Below are positions 12,801 to 26,116 of a stretch of 64,000 nt of DNA, in pieces. The position numbers and the translations under genes were made by a program. The notes under the pieces are model-generated. The model was not told the origin of the DNA and did no database searches. It worked only from the letters and a program-made list of their open reading frames with translations. Origin of the DNA: Antedon mediterranea (Eukaryota; Animalia; Echinodermata); NCBI RefSeq assembly GCF_964355755.1, contig NC_092676.1, positions 7,727,888 through 7,791,887 on the forward strand, written 5' to 3'. Each line of letters opens with the position of its first letter. Position 1 is the first letter of the stretch.

Positions 12801-15800
12801 AGTTTCTGTGTGTGTGTGTGAAATTGGCAATGAGCCAAGGAAGTAATAGGTAATTATAAGTCTTTTACTAGCGAGGCAGACAGCAGACATTGAGAATCAA
12901 GGCCGAGTTTACAATACGGTGAGGAACAATGAAGAGCAAATTATATCAAACTATGCAGCAAAATAAATAAAGGAAGACTTCAATTGCATTATGTTCGTTA
13001 TTGTGGTATTAAACATAATTACAGTAGTATTTAGTTTACTATACTATTTCCTGGTATACTACTTTAAGTTAGCAGGAAACTTATAACTTATTATTGCGTT
13101 TTACATATTTCCATACAGTTGATTCTACAATGATAACATTGATAAAGTATTTGCAGACAGGGGCAGATTAAAAAATTTTAAACATGGGGATCGCTAACAT
13201 TTAATATTAATAGTAGTGAAAAATAGATATCAATTAGTATACAAATAATGAATGTTTATGACTTCATGAGTTAAAAATAGAGCAGTCAATATTTCATCGA
13301 ATGAAATATTCTCACCATTCACTGTAATACAAAACATTTATTGTTTTACAAATACAATACACCTACTTTTACTCAATTATTTATCGTAGCCTGGGAAGCT
13401 AGGCCATTAAAAAAGGCAGTGCTCCAACTTAACAAGTTGATTTCCAAATGAGATCAGTCAACAACATCACATGGCAAAAATTCTCTAATTTTTACAAAAA
13501 CCTGACTGTGCATTAGATATCACTTTTTCGTTAGATAGGGCTAATTCCAAATGACATGTGATGCGTAATTGACCAATCAAATTGCACAAATACAATCAGG
13601 TGTTACTGGTAGGGTTAGGGTTATAATATTTCATCATTTTATAATACAGTAGTAAATATTTTTATATAGCAGCTGTCATAAACGAAGAGTGTAGAAGATT
13701 GAGTTAAATGATATGCAAAATGGTAAACTCTACTGACGTTAAATGGCAACATACTATTACCTTGTTCTTGTAATTCTAGCATTTCTCCAGAACCATGCGC
13801 CGTATTTGTTCTATTATTTTTATCTTGTGTTTCCTCCCACCTTTCAAACGCTATATTGAATGAATGTGCTACCGTTAACGCTATCGCTTCAGCCTACAAT
13901 GAAGATAATTAATATAACAATAATTTATTAAAATTAACGCTGTAAATATTCTGTAAAATAAATCATAATAATAATTTTAAACCTGATTTTCTTTATTCAT
14001 CAGTCTTGTTTGCATAATAATGTAAAGCGTAAATGTGAGAATGATTATTTGTTTATTGGCGCTATATAAAAATGAGTTATTATTATTATTAAAAAATTGT
14101 TTGTATTTATTTTTTTTTGGGAAGTTATTGCACCCAATTTTGTCAATCCATATCCTGGGGAAATGCACATATTCAAACTGCTTTTAGGTGGACTCAAATG
14201 ATGACAAATTCAAAATCAGATTTTAGTGGACACTGACTTGGGACAAATTACATAGGTCTTAGGTCATCGAAAATTGAAAGCTCTCCGATATCAGGTGAGG
14301 ACTAAACAGGCTTTAGCGCCCTCTAAAATTTAACATCCATGTATTTTGAAAAAATAAAATAATGACATTTTTTTTATTTTTCTGCAACCCTACGGATTGT
14401 TATGAAATATTCACCTATTTAGCCCCCCTAATCTATAAAGCTGGATCCTCCTCCAATTTAATTACGCGATTTTGAGACTTATTGTTTAGATGTCGAGGTA
14501 AACAACAAGATCCTGTATTCTTATTTATATTGTTTATAGTATTATTGCCGTACATAATGCAAGTCATGCCATACTTTTATAGATTAACTCATCATCACAT
14601 GAAAGACTTATATAACAAAATTTGAATTTAACTTGATTTATGGCAAAAATCCAACAAATCATTTAATACCAGCATTAGTAATTCAAAATTGTATTCGACA
14701 ATCTTAAGAAGAAATAATACAACTCTCTCAGACCTGGACAATCTTGAGCTGGCTTAATATTTTATGTCGTCTGGTTTTTCAGAAATTCTGAATGTGTTTT
14801 TAATGGTAACCAAAAATTTTGACATTTCTACCGTTTCGAAAAAAGCTGTTTTGGGAGAGTTCGGTATTGGAAGAGTCAACTAAAAAAATTAAACACAAAT
14901 ATTTTATTTTTTATTTTGGTCCAGAGATTTAACTGTAATTTATAACTTATCAAAGGCATAAACTTTATTTTATAGAAATTGTAACGGGAATTGGACACAA
15001 CAATTGTAGACATGTGGATTATACTTACGACTTTTCTCTTAGTACATAAATATGCGTGTAATTCTAGCGTATCATTATGCGGATTTTGTGAGATAAAGCC
15101 AAATACTTTTTCATTTGATTTGTCTGCTGTACAGTACGATATTCTAAAGAAAAAAATAAATATAAATAAGTCTTGGTAAAGTTCTGTAAATGGAAGACAG
15201 AAATAGATTTCAATATTATTATTTTTGTATCAGTTGTTGTTAGTTTTACATTTTCATTCATTTAAATATTAAATAAACATATTTCTAAAATTTAAACAAT
15301 GTAACACTAACAGTTATAGAAATTGCAAAATACTAAAGAGTGCATATGGTAATAAGCCAAAGAAGCAAAACTGAAAAAAAAGCCTGAAAAAAAATATATA
15401 CAAATTTATGACACTTTCCAACTTTAAACAATTACAGTAAATCCAACATATTACTGATTAACATTAAATTCCTTCCATTATTTATATATTAATTATATGG
15501 TATGTTTTGTAGATAGTTACCTTATTAATGTGTGTAATGTAATTACTGTGTTGTTTTTGAATTAATATTTTTATTAAATTGTTAATGTTCTCTACTGAAC
15601 CGCTTTGGAAAAGATTCAGTATAAAGACAGAATAAACGGTCTATTTATAGTGAAAAATATTCTTAGAATATGATGATTATTGGTGGTATAAAAAGTGAAA
15701 GTAAATAAACAAACACACACAGTTAAAAGGAAATGAATGATTTATCAACATCAAACGGTAAAGCCACTAATCATAACTAAAATGTGAACGTCTTCTAAAA

Positions 15801-18800
15801 TAGTTTAGTTTATTTTCCCATGAACCAGAATCCAATGTAGTGGAACATAACTAAACATATTGTACAATAACAAGTCTGTTTTTTTAAACAGAATTGTTTG
15901 TGTAATAATAATAGACAGTAAGTGAAATTTGATTGGATGTACTACAACTTAAAATTAATCATTTTAATCTTACAGTATCAAATTCATAATATTGTTCTAT
16001 TATGCCGCGTAAACAACACATTTCTCAACCTTCAACAGAGATAAACTTGAAAAAAAATCAGATTAATTTGCATGATAATGTTTTAATTGGCATGAAATCA
16101 ATTTTGCTAAATGTTATGATTATAGACAGAAAATGGTTTGTGATTTTTAGTCTTATAGTGTTAACATGTAAAATTTTAAGCTTATAAAAGTACATTTTCT
16201 GATAGGAAGAAAGAGTAATGAATGAATTCCTATACTAATAGATGTAGGAAGTAAGTAAATACTGAGCAGGCTTAGTGCATGAGGTGTCCGGAAAACTGCT
16301 GTAAGTTTACAATTTATCGACACTAAACCATACATCTGTATCCCTTTACGACTGATACGTGTTGTGGATATGGTAGAATAACCATGGAGGTATACCTCCA
16401 TGGAATAACTAATATAGAGCTGTGTCCCAAGGAGGGGTTCCTTTAAGAATTCTTTAACATAGTTTCTTTCCAAAATATACAGTAATATCCTAATTATAAG
16501 TTTTGTACTGGTACCAGATTTTCTTAAACCATTCAGGAATTAAAGTTTCATTTGACATTGACATGCACTTCTTTAATTCTAAATAAAAAAAAATCTAAAT
16601 TATGTAGATACTGAAAATGACATTGAAAGATCTTGTAATATTTGTGTTTTTTTTTAAATCTATTTTTGCATAGTTACTAATGTATACAAGTCACCTTGCT
16701 GAAATGCTCTTTAAAATCTGTTTTACTTACTTACTGAAAGTTGTGCCAGTTTGATCTGTATAATGGTCTGTACAGTATATATTATTTGTATATGGACTGG
16801 ATTTCAATGCATTATTATCAGTAGAAAAGTAAACTACTGTTTATAAAACAGTAGAGAAACCACATAGGCGCAATATTGGTCATATCAAAAAAACTATCAA
16901 AAAAATATCAAATATAGCAACAGCTTTGCAGCAGCTACAGGTAGCAGCTATATATAGCAGTTGATATACATTGGCAGCATTTGATACTAATACCTATTTT
17001 GATACTAAATTTACCTATTTTGATACATGTACATTTCCAGCATTTGATAGTTGCAATATTTGATATTAATTATGCTTTATAGCTGCTATTTTGATTGTTG
17101 CAATATTTGATATCAATTTCTTTTCATAGCAGCAATATCTGATAGTTGCTATATTTGATAGTTGCTATATTTGATAGTTGCTATATTTGATATAAATTTT
17201 GCTTCATAGCAGTCTGTATTTAGACAGATGTAGCTGCTATATTTGATAAATCAGTCTCAATCATTGATATGACCAATATTGCGCCTTCCTCAGAGAAACA
17301 AGGTTTGATCATCAGTGTGCTGATCACGGTACTGTACAATGATGCTGCATTGTTGTAGTTGGCATATCTTCTCATTTTTCACTTAGCGCCATTAAATCAG
17401 TGTTGTAATGGCTATGAGCGTTCACTGACTAAACACAGAGCCTCAGTGACTAAACACAGAGCCTCAGAGCTTAAGGGGCTCAGAGCAACTACCCAGCATG
17501 TTGGATGGCTCTAGAAGTGCTAAACCAGAGGCCCTTACCCTCTGTGTTACGCCACTTAACTGCATAAAATCATTTCTCACCTGTATATTGATATTTCTAA
17601 TGTGTTTTCTTCTGTTTCTACATCTGATTGTACTATTCCTTGTGGAGTAACCTTTAGAGAAACCTTGCCTAGCTTGGTGCCTTTGGCCTACAAATAAAGT
17701 GATCAACATATAAAATTATAAATCATTTTGTTCACCTATCACTTTTCCAAATTAATACTAGTTCAGGTAAATTGCAAGTAGATGGTTGGCTTGGGAATTG
17801 GGCTACTTTGCAATGTTTCTTTTGGTCCTGGATAACCCATAACAAGTCCTCACTCTTGATGGAGCTGCTTTCAGTCTCATGGAGATGCTCATAATGGATG
17901 TTCTTGGTGGAGTCTGCTCTCAATGAAGTTGCTCTCAGGAAGCTGCTCTTGATGAACCTCCTCTCAATGGAGCCACTCTCAATAGAGTTGATCTCTTGAT
18001 GGAGACACTCTCAATAGAGCTGATCTCTTATGATGGAGACGCTCTCAGTAGAGCTGATCTCTTGATGGAGCTGAACTCTCGATGGAGCTAAACTCTTGAT
18101 GGAGCTGATCTCTTGATGGAGCTGAAGTCTCGACGGAGCTGCTCTCGATGGAGCTGATCTCTTGATGGAGCGGAAGTCTCGATGAAGCTGATCTCTTGAT
18201 GGAGCTGGTCTCAAGGAGCTGATCTTTTGATGGAGCTGCTCCTATAGAGCTGCCCTAATTGGATCTGAAAGATCTGTTGATTGAGCTGCTCTAAATGATC
18301 TGTTGATTGAGCTGCTCTACAGTAAATGATCTCTTGATTGAGCTGCTCTACTAAATGATCTCTTGATTGAGCTGCTCTAAATGATCTCTTTATTGAGCTG
18401 CTCTAAATGATCTCTTTATTGAGCTGCTCTAAATGATCTCTTGATTGAGCTGCTCTACTAAATGATCTCTTGATTGAGCTGCTCTAAATGATCTCTTGAT
18501 TGAGCTGCTCTAAATGATCTCTTTATTGAGCTGCTCTAAATGATCTCTTTATTGAGCTGCTCTAAATGATCTCTTTATTGAGCTGCTCTAAATGATCTCT
18601 TGATTGAGCTGCTCTAAATGATCTCTAGATTGAGCTGCTCTAAATGATCTCTAGATTGAGCTGCTCTAAATGATCTTTTGATTGAGCTGCTCTAAAATGA
18701 TCTGTTGATGGAGCTGCTCTAAATGATCTGTTGATTGAGCTGCTCTAAATGATCTGTTGATTGAGCTGCTCTAAATGATCTGTTGATTGAGCTGCTCTAA

Positions 18801-21800
18801 ATGATCTCTTGATTGAGCTGCTTTAAAATGATCTCTTAATTGAGCTGCTCTAAATGGTCTCTTGATGGAGCTGCTCTAAATGATCTCTTGATGGAGCTGC
18901 TCTCAATAGAGCTGAATGATCTCTTGATTGAGTGGTTCTCAATGGAGCTGCTCTTGATGGAGCTGATGCCATTCTTGTGAACAGTTTGTAAAATCATAGA
19001 TTTACTAGATTAGATCTCTGCTTTACATTGTTTAAATAAAGTATTCCATCATGCTTAAAACTGTAAATATTTTTCATTACCTGATTTACAATTCTTTTGA
19101 CCGCTTCAGCAGTACAGCTCTCATCATTAGCTTTGTCAACCAATGACATTCCAATGTACTTCACATAGAATGTGATACCTTCTACAACAGGTTCTTTTGC
19201 CTTTTCCCAATCATCCTGAAATTCTACAAAACCAAAAGCAAGCAACACAATTAAACAGACTAGGAGCAACAAATGAGTGAAAGAATGGAAAGGACAAATA
19301 TTGAATGTTTACGCATTGGATTGTGAGAATATTTCATGATCTCCGCTCCGACTCGTTAAAAATAGAGAAGTCAATTTTTCAAAAAAGACACCTACTTTTA
19401 TTCAATTTACCATTAAATCATTGTCGAATGCTACAGTAAGCTTGGAAGCTCGGCCACTAAAAAAGACAGCGCTGCAACTTTAAACTAAAGTAGAACAGTT
19501 ACATAGACAGCGCATACAATTTTCGAACGCGTTCAGTCAACAACGTCGCTTGGCAAAAATTCTCAAAATGTTTTAGAATTAGAGGGCGTTAATTATCACC
19601 ATTAGGTTTGATATAATTGATATTTCCATAAGTAACATTTGATTAAAAATACAGTAAGATAGATAATAAATTCAAATATTTATTAGATTATTATTTGTGA
19701 AAATAGAAGGCAAAAATATCGAGTATTATAGAAAGTTGCTATAGGCAAGGGATTAGCCAGTTGCTATAGGCAAGGGATTAAGATTTAAAATAATAAAAAT
19801 AGGTTAAAGTTGAACATCACATCCAGGTCACTGTATATGGACTGTCAAGAAAACTATTAAATAGAGCTTAAAAGCAAGGTCAAAATGCTGGCACAATTTC
19901 CACTGAGATTCACAGCCAGCTTATCAAAGCTAGTGGGTATTGTATCATTAAAACAAAATCAGTGAGGTAACCTAGAATTTATTGAGCATTTTATTTAAAT
20001 AAAGATGGAATGTTTGGTTTGACCTCTCTAGAGCAATTTTGTGACTTTAAAGTGGAAGTGTACTCTGTGCTATTTCTTTCTGTTATTTACTTCAGTATAT
20101 ATTAATATTAGTAGGTACTGTACAAACAAAAAAATTCTTATAAAAACAATCAGTTCGTCAGAAACCAGAAAAATAAAAAAAATTGTTCAAAAATAATGAA
20201 AAAGCACTGCATATTTTTTTTCAGCAGTTTACTAGGTGGTTCTCCTCAATCTACGATGGACAAAAAAGATATTAGTTGTAAAGGTCACGTTATCATGTTA
20301 CGTCACGCCTCCTCTCGCTTCTACAGCATGCCATGCTCGACGAGGAGCTGGCGAGACACACGTTATGTTATCATTCAAGAATATGGTTGAGTTTAAAAAA
20401 TTCCTCAACTTTTATTAACTTCTTTTAGCAAAATAACTGTGGGTGAATGTTTATTTATACCGTAAAATAAATTAGTGATGCCATTTAATAAAGTTGAAAA
20501 TATGATTTCAAAATAGTCTTTAATTGTAATGGTAGTGTATGTATTTATCAGGCTAATCCACCCTAGATCATGTGTGGCTTAAAAATAGAAAAACAGGGGG
20601 TATGTAGTAGGTGTGTCTCAAAAGGGTGAAAACTGAATTCTGATTGGCTGTACTGTGAATCATATTTTTTTGCCAAATTATTGTATTCTTGTTCAGTAAT
20701 TTTTCTTCTGATTTTTTATTTCTTAAGGTATTTATAGGCTAATAGAAAATATAATAAAATAAAATCATAATTGTTGAATTTAATTTTAAATACCGTAGAT
20801 ACTTTATGCTCTGCATGTGCAGTAAGCAAGATTGATGTAACAATTAATTCAAAGTAAAACATAATTATTAATATATACACCAAGTATTTGATTTATTAAA
20901 GCGGGAAAATTATGCCTTTTTTTCAGTTGATTTACTTAATAAATTTAATTCAAGTGAGAAAATTATGCCTTTTTGTCATTTTTGGCCCTTGTTTTTTTTT
21001 TAAATAATTTCCAGAACTGATTTATATTTTCATTTTCTTTGAATGATTTTAAAAAACAATAAAATAATCAGTTGATTGACTTAATAAACAAATTTAAGTG
21101 AGAAAATTATGCATTTTTGTCATTTAAAAAAAAATAATAATTTCCAGAACTGATTTATATTTCATTTTCTTTGAATGATTTTAAACAACAATGAAATAAT
21201 CAGTTGATTTACTTAATAAATAAAATAATATCATATCCTTATACATGAATAAACATTTACAAATAGGCATCTGTTGTTAATATTCAAAATTTCTTATACA
21301 TGACGTATTATCATCAGACTACAGTCACACCATACTGTCTGAGTCAGAGAGAGGTTATTCAGGGGACAATTAGATAATTGTATTAAAGTAATAGTATGAC
21401 ACAATTGTGCAAGAAAACCTTTTATTTGGGACTTGGCTATTGTACTTTTTTGTATTCTTTTTGTGCTGAGAATCGAGTACCCTGGATGAATAATGGTTAC
21501 ATCTAAAGTCATATAACTTGCGTTTATGTATTTTAAACATTTTTAATTGCATTTGTTTTAGCATTCATTCATTCATTCTTAAATAAACAATGTTTCAGTT
21601 TTTTAATTGTTAGCTAAAAAATGGTTTAATTATTTAGCCAAATTGGTCTTAATTACTGTACATTCTTCTTTTTTTTAAATAATCAAAAATTGGTAAAATA
21701 TAACAAATTGCAATAAATGCCTATTATTAAATATTATTTGATAATTTTAATAAATATTATAATTATATAAACTATTAATTAATAATACTATTTTAAATTA

Positions 21801-22657
21801 TAGAATTATTACTAAAAAATACATTCATTGACATTAATAATAATACCATATTCTATAATAAATCATTAAAAAAATATTTATAATTATTAAATTAACAACT
21901 TTACATTTAATTTGTTTAATTTATTATCAGAGTAAAAACGATTAAATATGTTTATTATTTAATTATATAACTATTTCTTAATTTTTAATAATAAATACTA
22001 TTTAATAATATGTTATTATTACTAAAAAAAATATATTGTCATAAATGTAAATAAATATTAATATAATTATAATAAATCATTAAAATATTGATAATTATTA
22101 TTTAATTAATATTTTACATTTGATATATATTATTATCAGAATAAAAACAATTAAATATGTTTATAAATAATAAAATACTAAAACTGTGCAACTAATTCTA
22201 TGTAAAGTGTGAATTTTCATTTCTCAGTGAATGTCTATTTATAAACACGCCCATTTAATATAAACACACTTTACTACTATCGTACGATATGACGGTCGCC
22301 TGAGTCAAACGCCATACATAGATGTTTTTATGAATGAACCCAGCTCAATTTGATTTTAAATAACATAATTATATTTCTATGAGTTTATACATGTTAACAA
22401 CCAAAATAAAGATTAAATCTATCATTTTGGGGCGAATTATCTGACAAAAAAAACGTTTGCGCGCGGCGGCGGGAGGATCACGCCACCACAAAATCGACCA
22501 ACCGGAATACACGTGATCATTTCTAAACCAAAACATTGAACATGTTTCAATAAAATGTCGAGATATCGCACGTAATACTCACTAAAAACGATACCATTAC
22601 TTTCTTACATGTGTACTTACTTCTATGTCTCGATTTTCCGAAACGATTTTTCATCAT
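6807..22657 (-). CDS. LDLRAP1: Low-density lipoprotein receptor adapter protein 1 (ARH) homolog, PTB-domain clathrin adaptor; 9 coding exons
   Basis: Exons (minus): 22657-22621, 19223-19081, 17687-17581, 15143-15029, 13893-13761, 11889-11737, 11168-11005, 8347-8310, 6957-6807; all GT-AG and phase-consistent. Spliced protein MMKNRFGKSRHRKFQDDW...FYVKYIGMSLV...LEISIYRISYCTADK...HAYLCTKRKVAEAIALTVAHSFNIAFERW...LDDCFSKLAESRTKPQIL resembles human ARH as recalled (RHRKLPENW; ISYCTADK; LDEAFSRLAQSRTNPQVL). An alternative in-frame ATG lies at 22747. Confidence 0.92.
7534..7962. mobile_element. MITE with ~60-bp TIRs (Harbinger-like termini)
   Basis: aagcccggcgcacactagagcttccggctgagccaactg... / ...cagttggctcagccgaaagctctagtgtgcgccgggctt; TA on both flanks; 19-bp tandem duplication inside the right TIR. 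Confidence 0.88.
10064..10220. mobile_element. ~150-bp MITE family with TIR ctgtctacactatcaaact, multi-copy
   Basis: Copies at 8718-8864, 10064-10220, 32068-32180, 43409-43533, 58112-58240 share gatatgacatcatcatgtccatatatgggcacatcac; foldback derivative at 7185-7262. Confidence 0.88.
10517..10826. mobile_element. TTAA-flanked MITE with AG...CT ends (Kolobok-like), multi-copy
   Basis: TTAA|agatgtaattgtccc...gaatatatct|TTAA. Other copies at 6469-6755, 23734-24133, ~24620-24875, 50491-50771, ~57377-57600. Confidence 0.78.
11355..11512. mobile_element. hAT-like MITE with perfect 8-bp TSD
   Basis: CACTATAG|cagtggcgtaa...ttacgccactg|CACTATAG. Degraded relatives at ~17398-17556, ~26880-27023 and ~53121-53237. 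Confidence 0.9.
12133..12311. mobile_element. Palindromic MITE (gcctggttcccactag...ctagtggaaaccacgc)
   Basis: Long imperfect inverted arms; internally deleted copy at 61-162 and a fragment near 10895-10960. Confidence 0.82.
13245..13490. repeat. Dispersed repeat, second copy at ~19300-19570
   Basis: Shared gttaaaaatagag.agtcaat, cacctactttta.tcaatt, ggaagct.ggcca.taaaaaag.cag.gct.caactt, cagtcaacaac.tc.c.tggcaaaaattctc. Confidence 0.7.
16861..17291. mobile_element. Non-autonomous DNA transposon, 8-bp TSD, subterminal inverted repeats, unclassified
   Basis: AGAGAAAC at 16853-16860 and 17292-17299; inverted repeat aggcgcaatattggtcatatcaa; internal ~17-bp tttgatagttgctatat repeats. Confidence 0.85.
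17930..18965. repeat. Compound intronic minisatellite: degenerate ~17-bp (gatggagctgatctctt) array flanking a 26-bp (tgagctgctctaaatgatctcttgat) array
   Basis: Directly visible; lies in LDLRAP1 intron 2. Confidence 0.93.
20900..21220. repeat. Local tandem duplication (~150 bp)
   Basis: ataatttccagaactgatttatat...ttcattttctttgaatgatttt...aataatcagttgatt occurs twice; gaaaattatgc three times. Confidence 0.8.
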
Positions 22658-24261
22658 TTTCGGCACAAAATTCTGTTGGAAACAACAATCGCGATTATCG
22701 TTCAACGACGACGTAGTAAAAAGCGATCTTGCTGATGAAGAATTCATAGTATGCGAGTTCAAGAGGGCGAACGGTTTTCGGTTATGTAAACAAACAGACC
22801 ACACACAATTCCAACAAGGCGAAGGTACGCACTCAATGTCGCGGCGTACCGTATGCTAATGAACGGCTTTTTGTCCAAACACACCGAGCGGATAATCTAC
22901 GCTCATTGACAAATTTCCTTATTTGGGAAGTTCGAGGGCGTGAACTAGACGCGGCTTACTACAATTGGCTCTCGGCCAAGTGAGTGCAGTATTAATATTA
23001 CATACACATTTCTATTGATTTTTGTGTATGTATCTACAATCATTATTTTGATGTGAATAAATTACTTTTTTTGGTTTTATCAATGAAGTAAGAGACATCA
23101 TGCATTCATATTTACTATACTATAAATTAATACATATAATTTTTAATTCTTATTACTTTTGTATTTATTCTTTACTCCATGGTTAATCTTAATATTGTAT
23201 AAAATAAATGAATTGAATTGAATAAATAAATAAATCTAAACATTTTCAATTTTATAACAATATAAAACTCGACAAAAATTTGGCAAGCCACCATTGGCAT
23301 TATTCATTATTTCAAATTTTATAAAATTCAAAAGAAATAAAGTTTGAAATATTGAATCATAATGGCTTGGCTCATTTTGTTGTTGTGTTCTCATATCAAA
23401 CTATACTAATCACTAAAGAATGCCAGAGAGTGCTATATTATGAAAAGTCCTACTGTACTATTTACTTGGTAGGCCAAATGCCTTAGGCACTAGAGGTGTG
23501 TTCACATGGTAAGTTGTGGTTACCACCTAAGTAGCATGCATGTGTGACTTATTTGTTTACCTCAATGTAAAAATGGTTTCCATGCTTCATTTTCTTGAAA
23601 GTGAGCAATAAAGACCAATAATAAGGTCTATTCATAAATAAAGCACGGACTATGTGTTTATTTTAATTACAACTATCATCATATTACCTTTGTTGGATAG
23701 AATGTTGTGGTTTTTATACTGTTGCTAGTTAAAAGATGTATATTGTAGGCCGAAAACATGAACAATGAAAATTAATTAAATCAGACTTTGAATAGGTTAC
23801 TTTGTAGTTTTATTCAAGTTAATCACTTCCTTAGAAAAAAAGCGAGGAAAAAATGTTTCCACTAAAAACGACAAAATAAATGGTTAAATTCTATTCTTTT
23901 GAATTTTTATAGTATATCTATTTTTTTTTTTATATTTCATGCCAGTTTCAAATGGTATTTCCTTTTTTTATATTACTATGGACAATAAAATAATATCAGT
24001 AAAAAAATCCCATTGGCTGGTTTTTCAGGTAAATACATTTTTTCCGATTTAATTTTTGGTCAATGTGGATAACTACCATATTATGTGACATTAAATTTTT
24101 GTAAGAATTATTTTTTTAGGTGGACAATACCTTTTTAAAGTGTACATTTTCAAGGCATTTTCAGACATGATTCATTTTCATTTCATTTATTTATCTTTGC
24201 GCAAAAAAAACATTTTATTTCAAAGAGTATATTGCTCAGAAAGTCAGAAACTGCTGTAAAT

Positions 24262-25675
24262 TTAGTTATTTTGAAACTCTTTATAAAGTTTCGAAACGTA
24301 TTCATCAAATTCCGCTTGAAAGAAATTAGCAGCTACGGGTTCTCCGAGTGCGTTAGATTTGGCAAAATTACGTACGTTCCAGCTTGCTCGGGTATCTGGA
24401 TGTTTTCTACGCTTAGCTTCTGTTGGAACTAGCTTTCCTTGTTGTTTGTAAACGATCAGCACATATCTGTGTAAGCCTGCCAGAATAACGAAAAAAACAG
24501 AAAATTAAAAACGTCTAGTCTTAATAAATAAAATATATTTATACTTTAATCAGTTGTAATATCATTTCTATTTTATAAAAGATGAAATAAAAAAAAAATA
24601 AATAAAATTAAGATCAATAAGACTTCAAATAGGCCATTTAATCAAATGAATCACCTCCATAAACAAAATTACAGATGTTTTCAGAATAAAATAAACGGTT
24701 TAATTCAAACAAAAAACCCCCATTGACTTTTTTTTTCTTTAAATTACAGATTTTTAGGTAAACAATTAATTTTTTTTTTAGTGTCACCATTATGTGACAT
24801 TAAAATGGCATATTTAACAAAAGCATTAAATTAAAATTTAAAAAAAAATTTTTTTTTTTTTTTCAGGTGTACAATCATTTACATTATAATACCATATATA
24901 CAGAAAATGTTGTTGCTCTGAGACAAAAATAAAATTCAATGCAAAGCAAAAATCTCATGACCAAATATTATAATGTTGTATACCTGTGTCCTGTGGGGGT
25001 CCAGCTCCAATATATTCAGACCAGGTCTCCCCTTTAGTTACATCATTCCCAGGTACATTCACCACCATCCAATGGTGCCACTCTCTGAATTTTGGATCTT
25101 TTCGACTTGGCGCATCAGGGTCAGTCATTATAATCGTATAAAGTGCACCATCTTCAGCTATCCAGTTGAGGTGAGTTGGTGGATTTTGCACCTGATATTA
25201 AAAGTAATATAGTACAGGTTTACGTAATTTAAAATGTTGTTTCTAGTCTAACTTTTATTTTTTACTTCGTTATCTGCATTAAATCATAAATTAAACGTAA
25301 ATATTTTACATAATTGCAGTGTGCCAAAAATTGTTTGGATTTTGCAGTGTGCGAAGTAAATATTCCCCCCCCCCCCCCCCCCGCCAAAAAAAAGATATAC
25401 ATTACTATTATGAAGGCACACCTTAAATTCTGTGGTAATTAATCATTTTTAAAACTTCTTCAAAGTGTGATTTATTTTGTTGGTGTTTCATTGCTACCCT
25501 AATGCATTCAATGTAGAGCATATATCAGGAAGTAGGATCACCTGTATATTTGCAAACTTACTTGTGTTGGGGTAAGAACTGTACCAAGGTCAACCACAAG
25601 TTCACCATATTTGACCTCAAGAATCTGAGCAGGAACCTTATCTAGAACATCAGGAACAACCTCATGCTTCTCCAT
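24262..25675 (-). CDS. Phosphatidylethanolamine-binding protein (PEBP/RKIP family); 3 coding exons
   Basis: Exons 25675-25562 (MEKHEVVPDV...LTPTQ), 25191-24984 (VQNPPT...MTDPDAPSRKDPKFREWHHW...GAGPPQDT), 24476-24262 (GLHRYVLIVYKQ...). Carries the DPDAP and GxHRY hallmark motifs. Confidence 0.96.
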
Positions 25676-26116
25676 TGTAGATAATTAATTTCTGTGGTTA
25701 AAAAAAGGTTGGAATAGTTCTAATCTTAGATCACTTTCACCAAGATGGAGGTAAAAAAATAATTTTGCAAGAGTTGCTGGTGGCTATTTAACTGAGCTGA
25801 GATTGATTGGTTAAAACCCAGTATATTAAATTTAAGTAGACCAATGGTGAATGATTCTACAAATGACATGTAATTTATTTAACTAGTTAAATCATGCAAC
25901 TATAATACCAAAAGCTTACTTTATCAATTACAAATAAAAGCACTATTGTTGCATGCACCAGGGACTCTAAAAAGCATGTAAAACAACTGCTAGAATTCCG
26001 GTCGAGCGCCACCTATTACCAGCTAGGTACTCTGTTGCAAAAAAGGGGATTTCCCTTTCATTAATAATTGGAGCAAGCATTGGATTGGTGTGGTGGTAAA
26101 TGTATCTCTTTAAAAA
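25676..26116. promoter_or_regulatory. Probable bidirectional promoter region PEBP / C5orf22
   Basis: Divergent start codons only 441 bp apart; CCAAT/ATTGG boxes near 25806, 25841 and 26085. Confidence 0.55.

Noticed and set aside
13609-13623. Telomere-like tagggttagggtta
   Set aside because: Only about two units; too short to call an interstitial telomere.
16728-16775. Possible LDLRAP1 microexon (cag...gtaagt on minus strand)
   Set aside because: It would interrupt the conserved IYR|ISY junction of the PTB domain or add a stop; no homology support.
21720-22170. Extremely AT-rich ~225-bp degenerate duplication in LDLRAP1 intron 1
   Set aside because: Low-complexity local duplication with no further signal.
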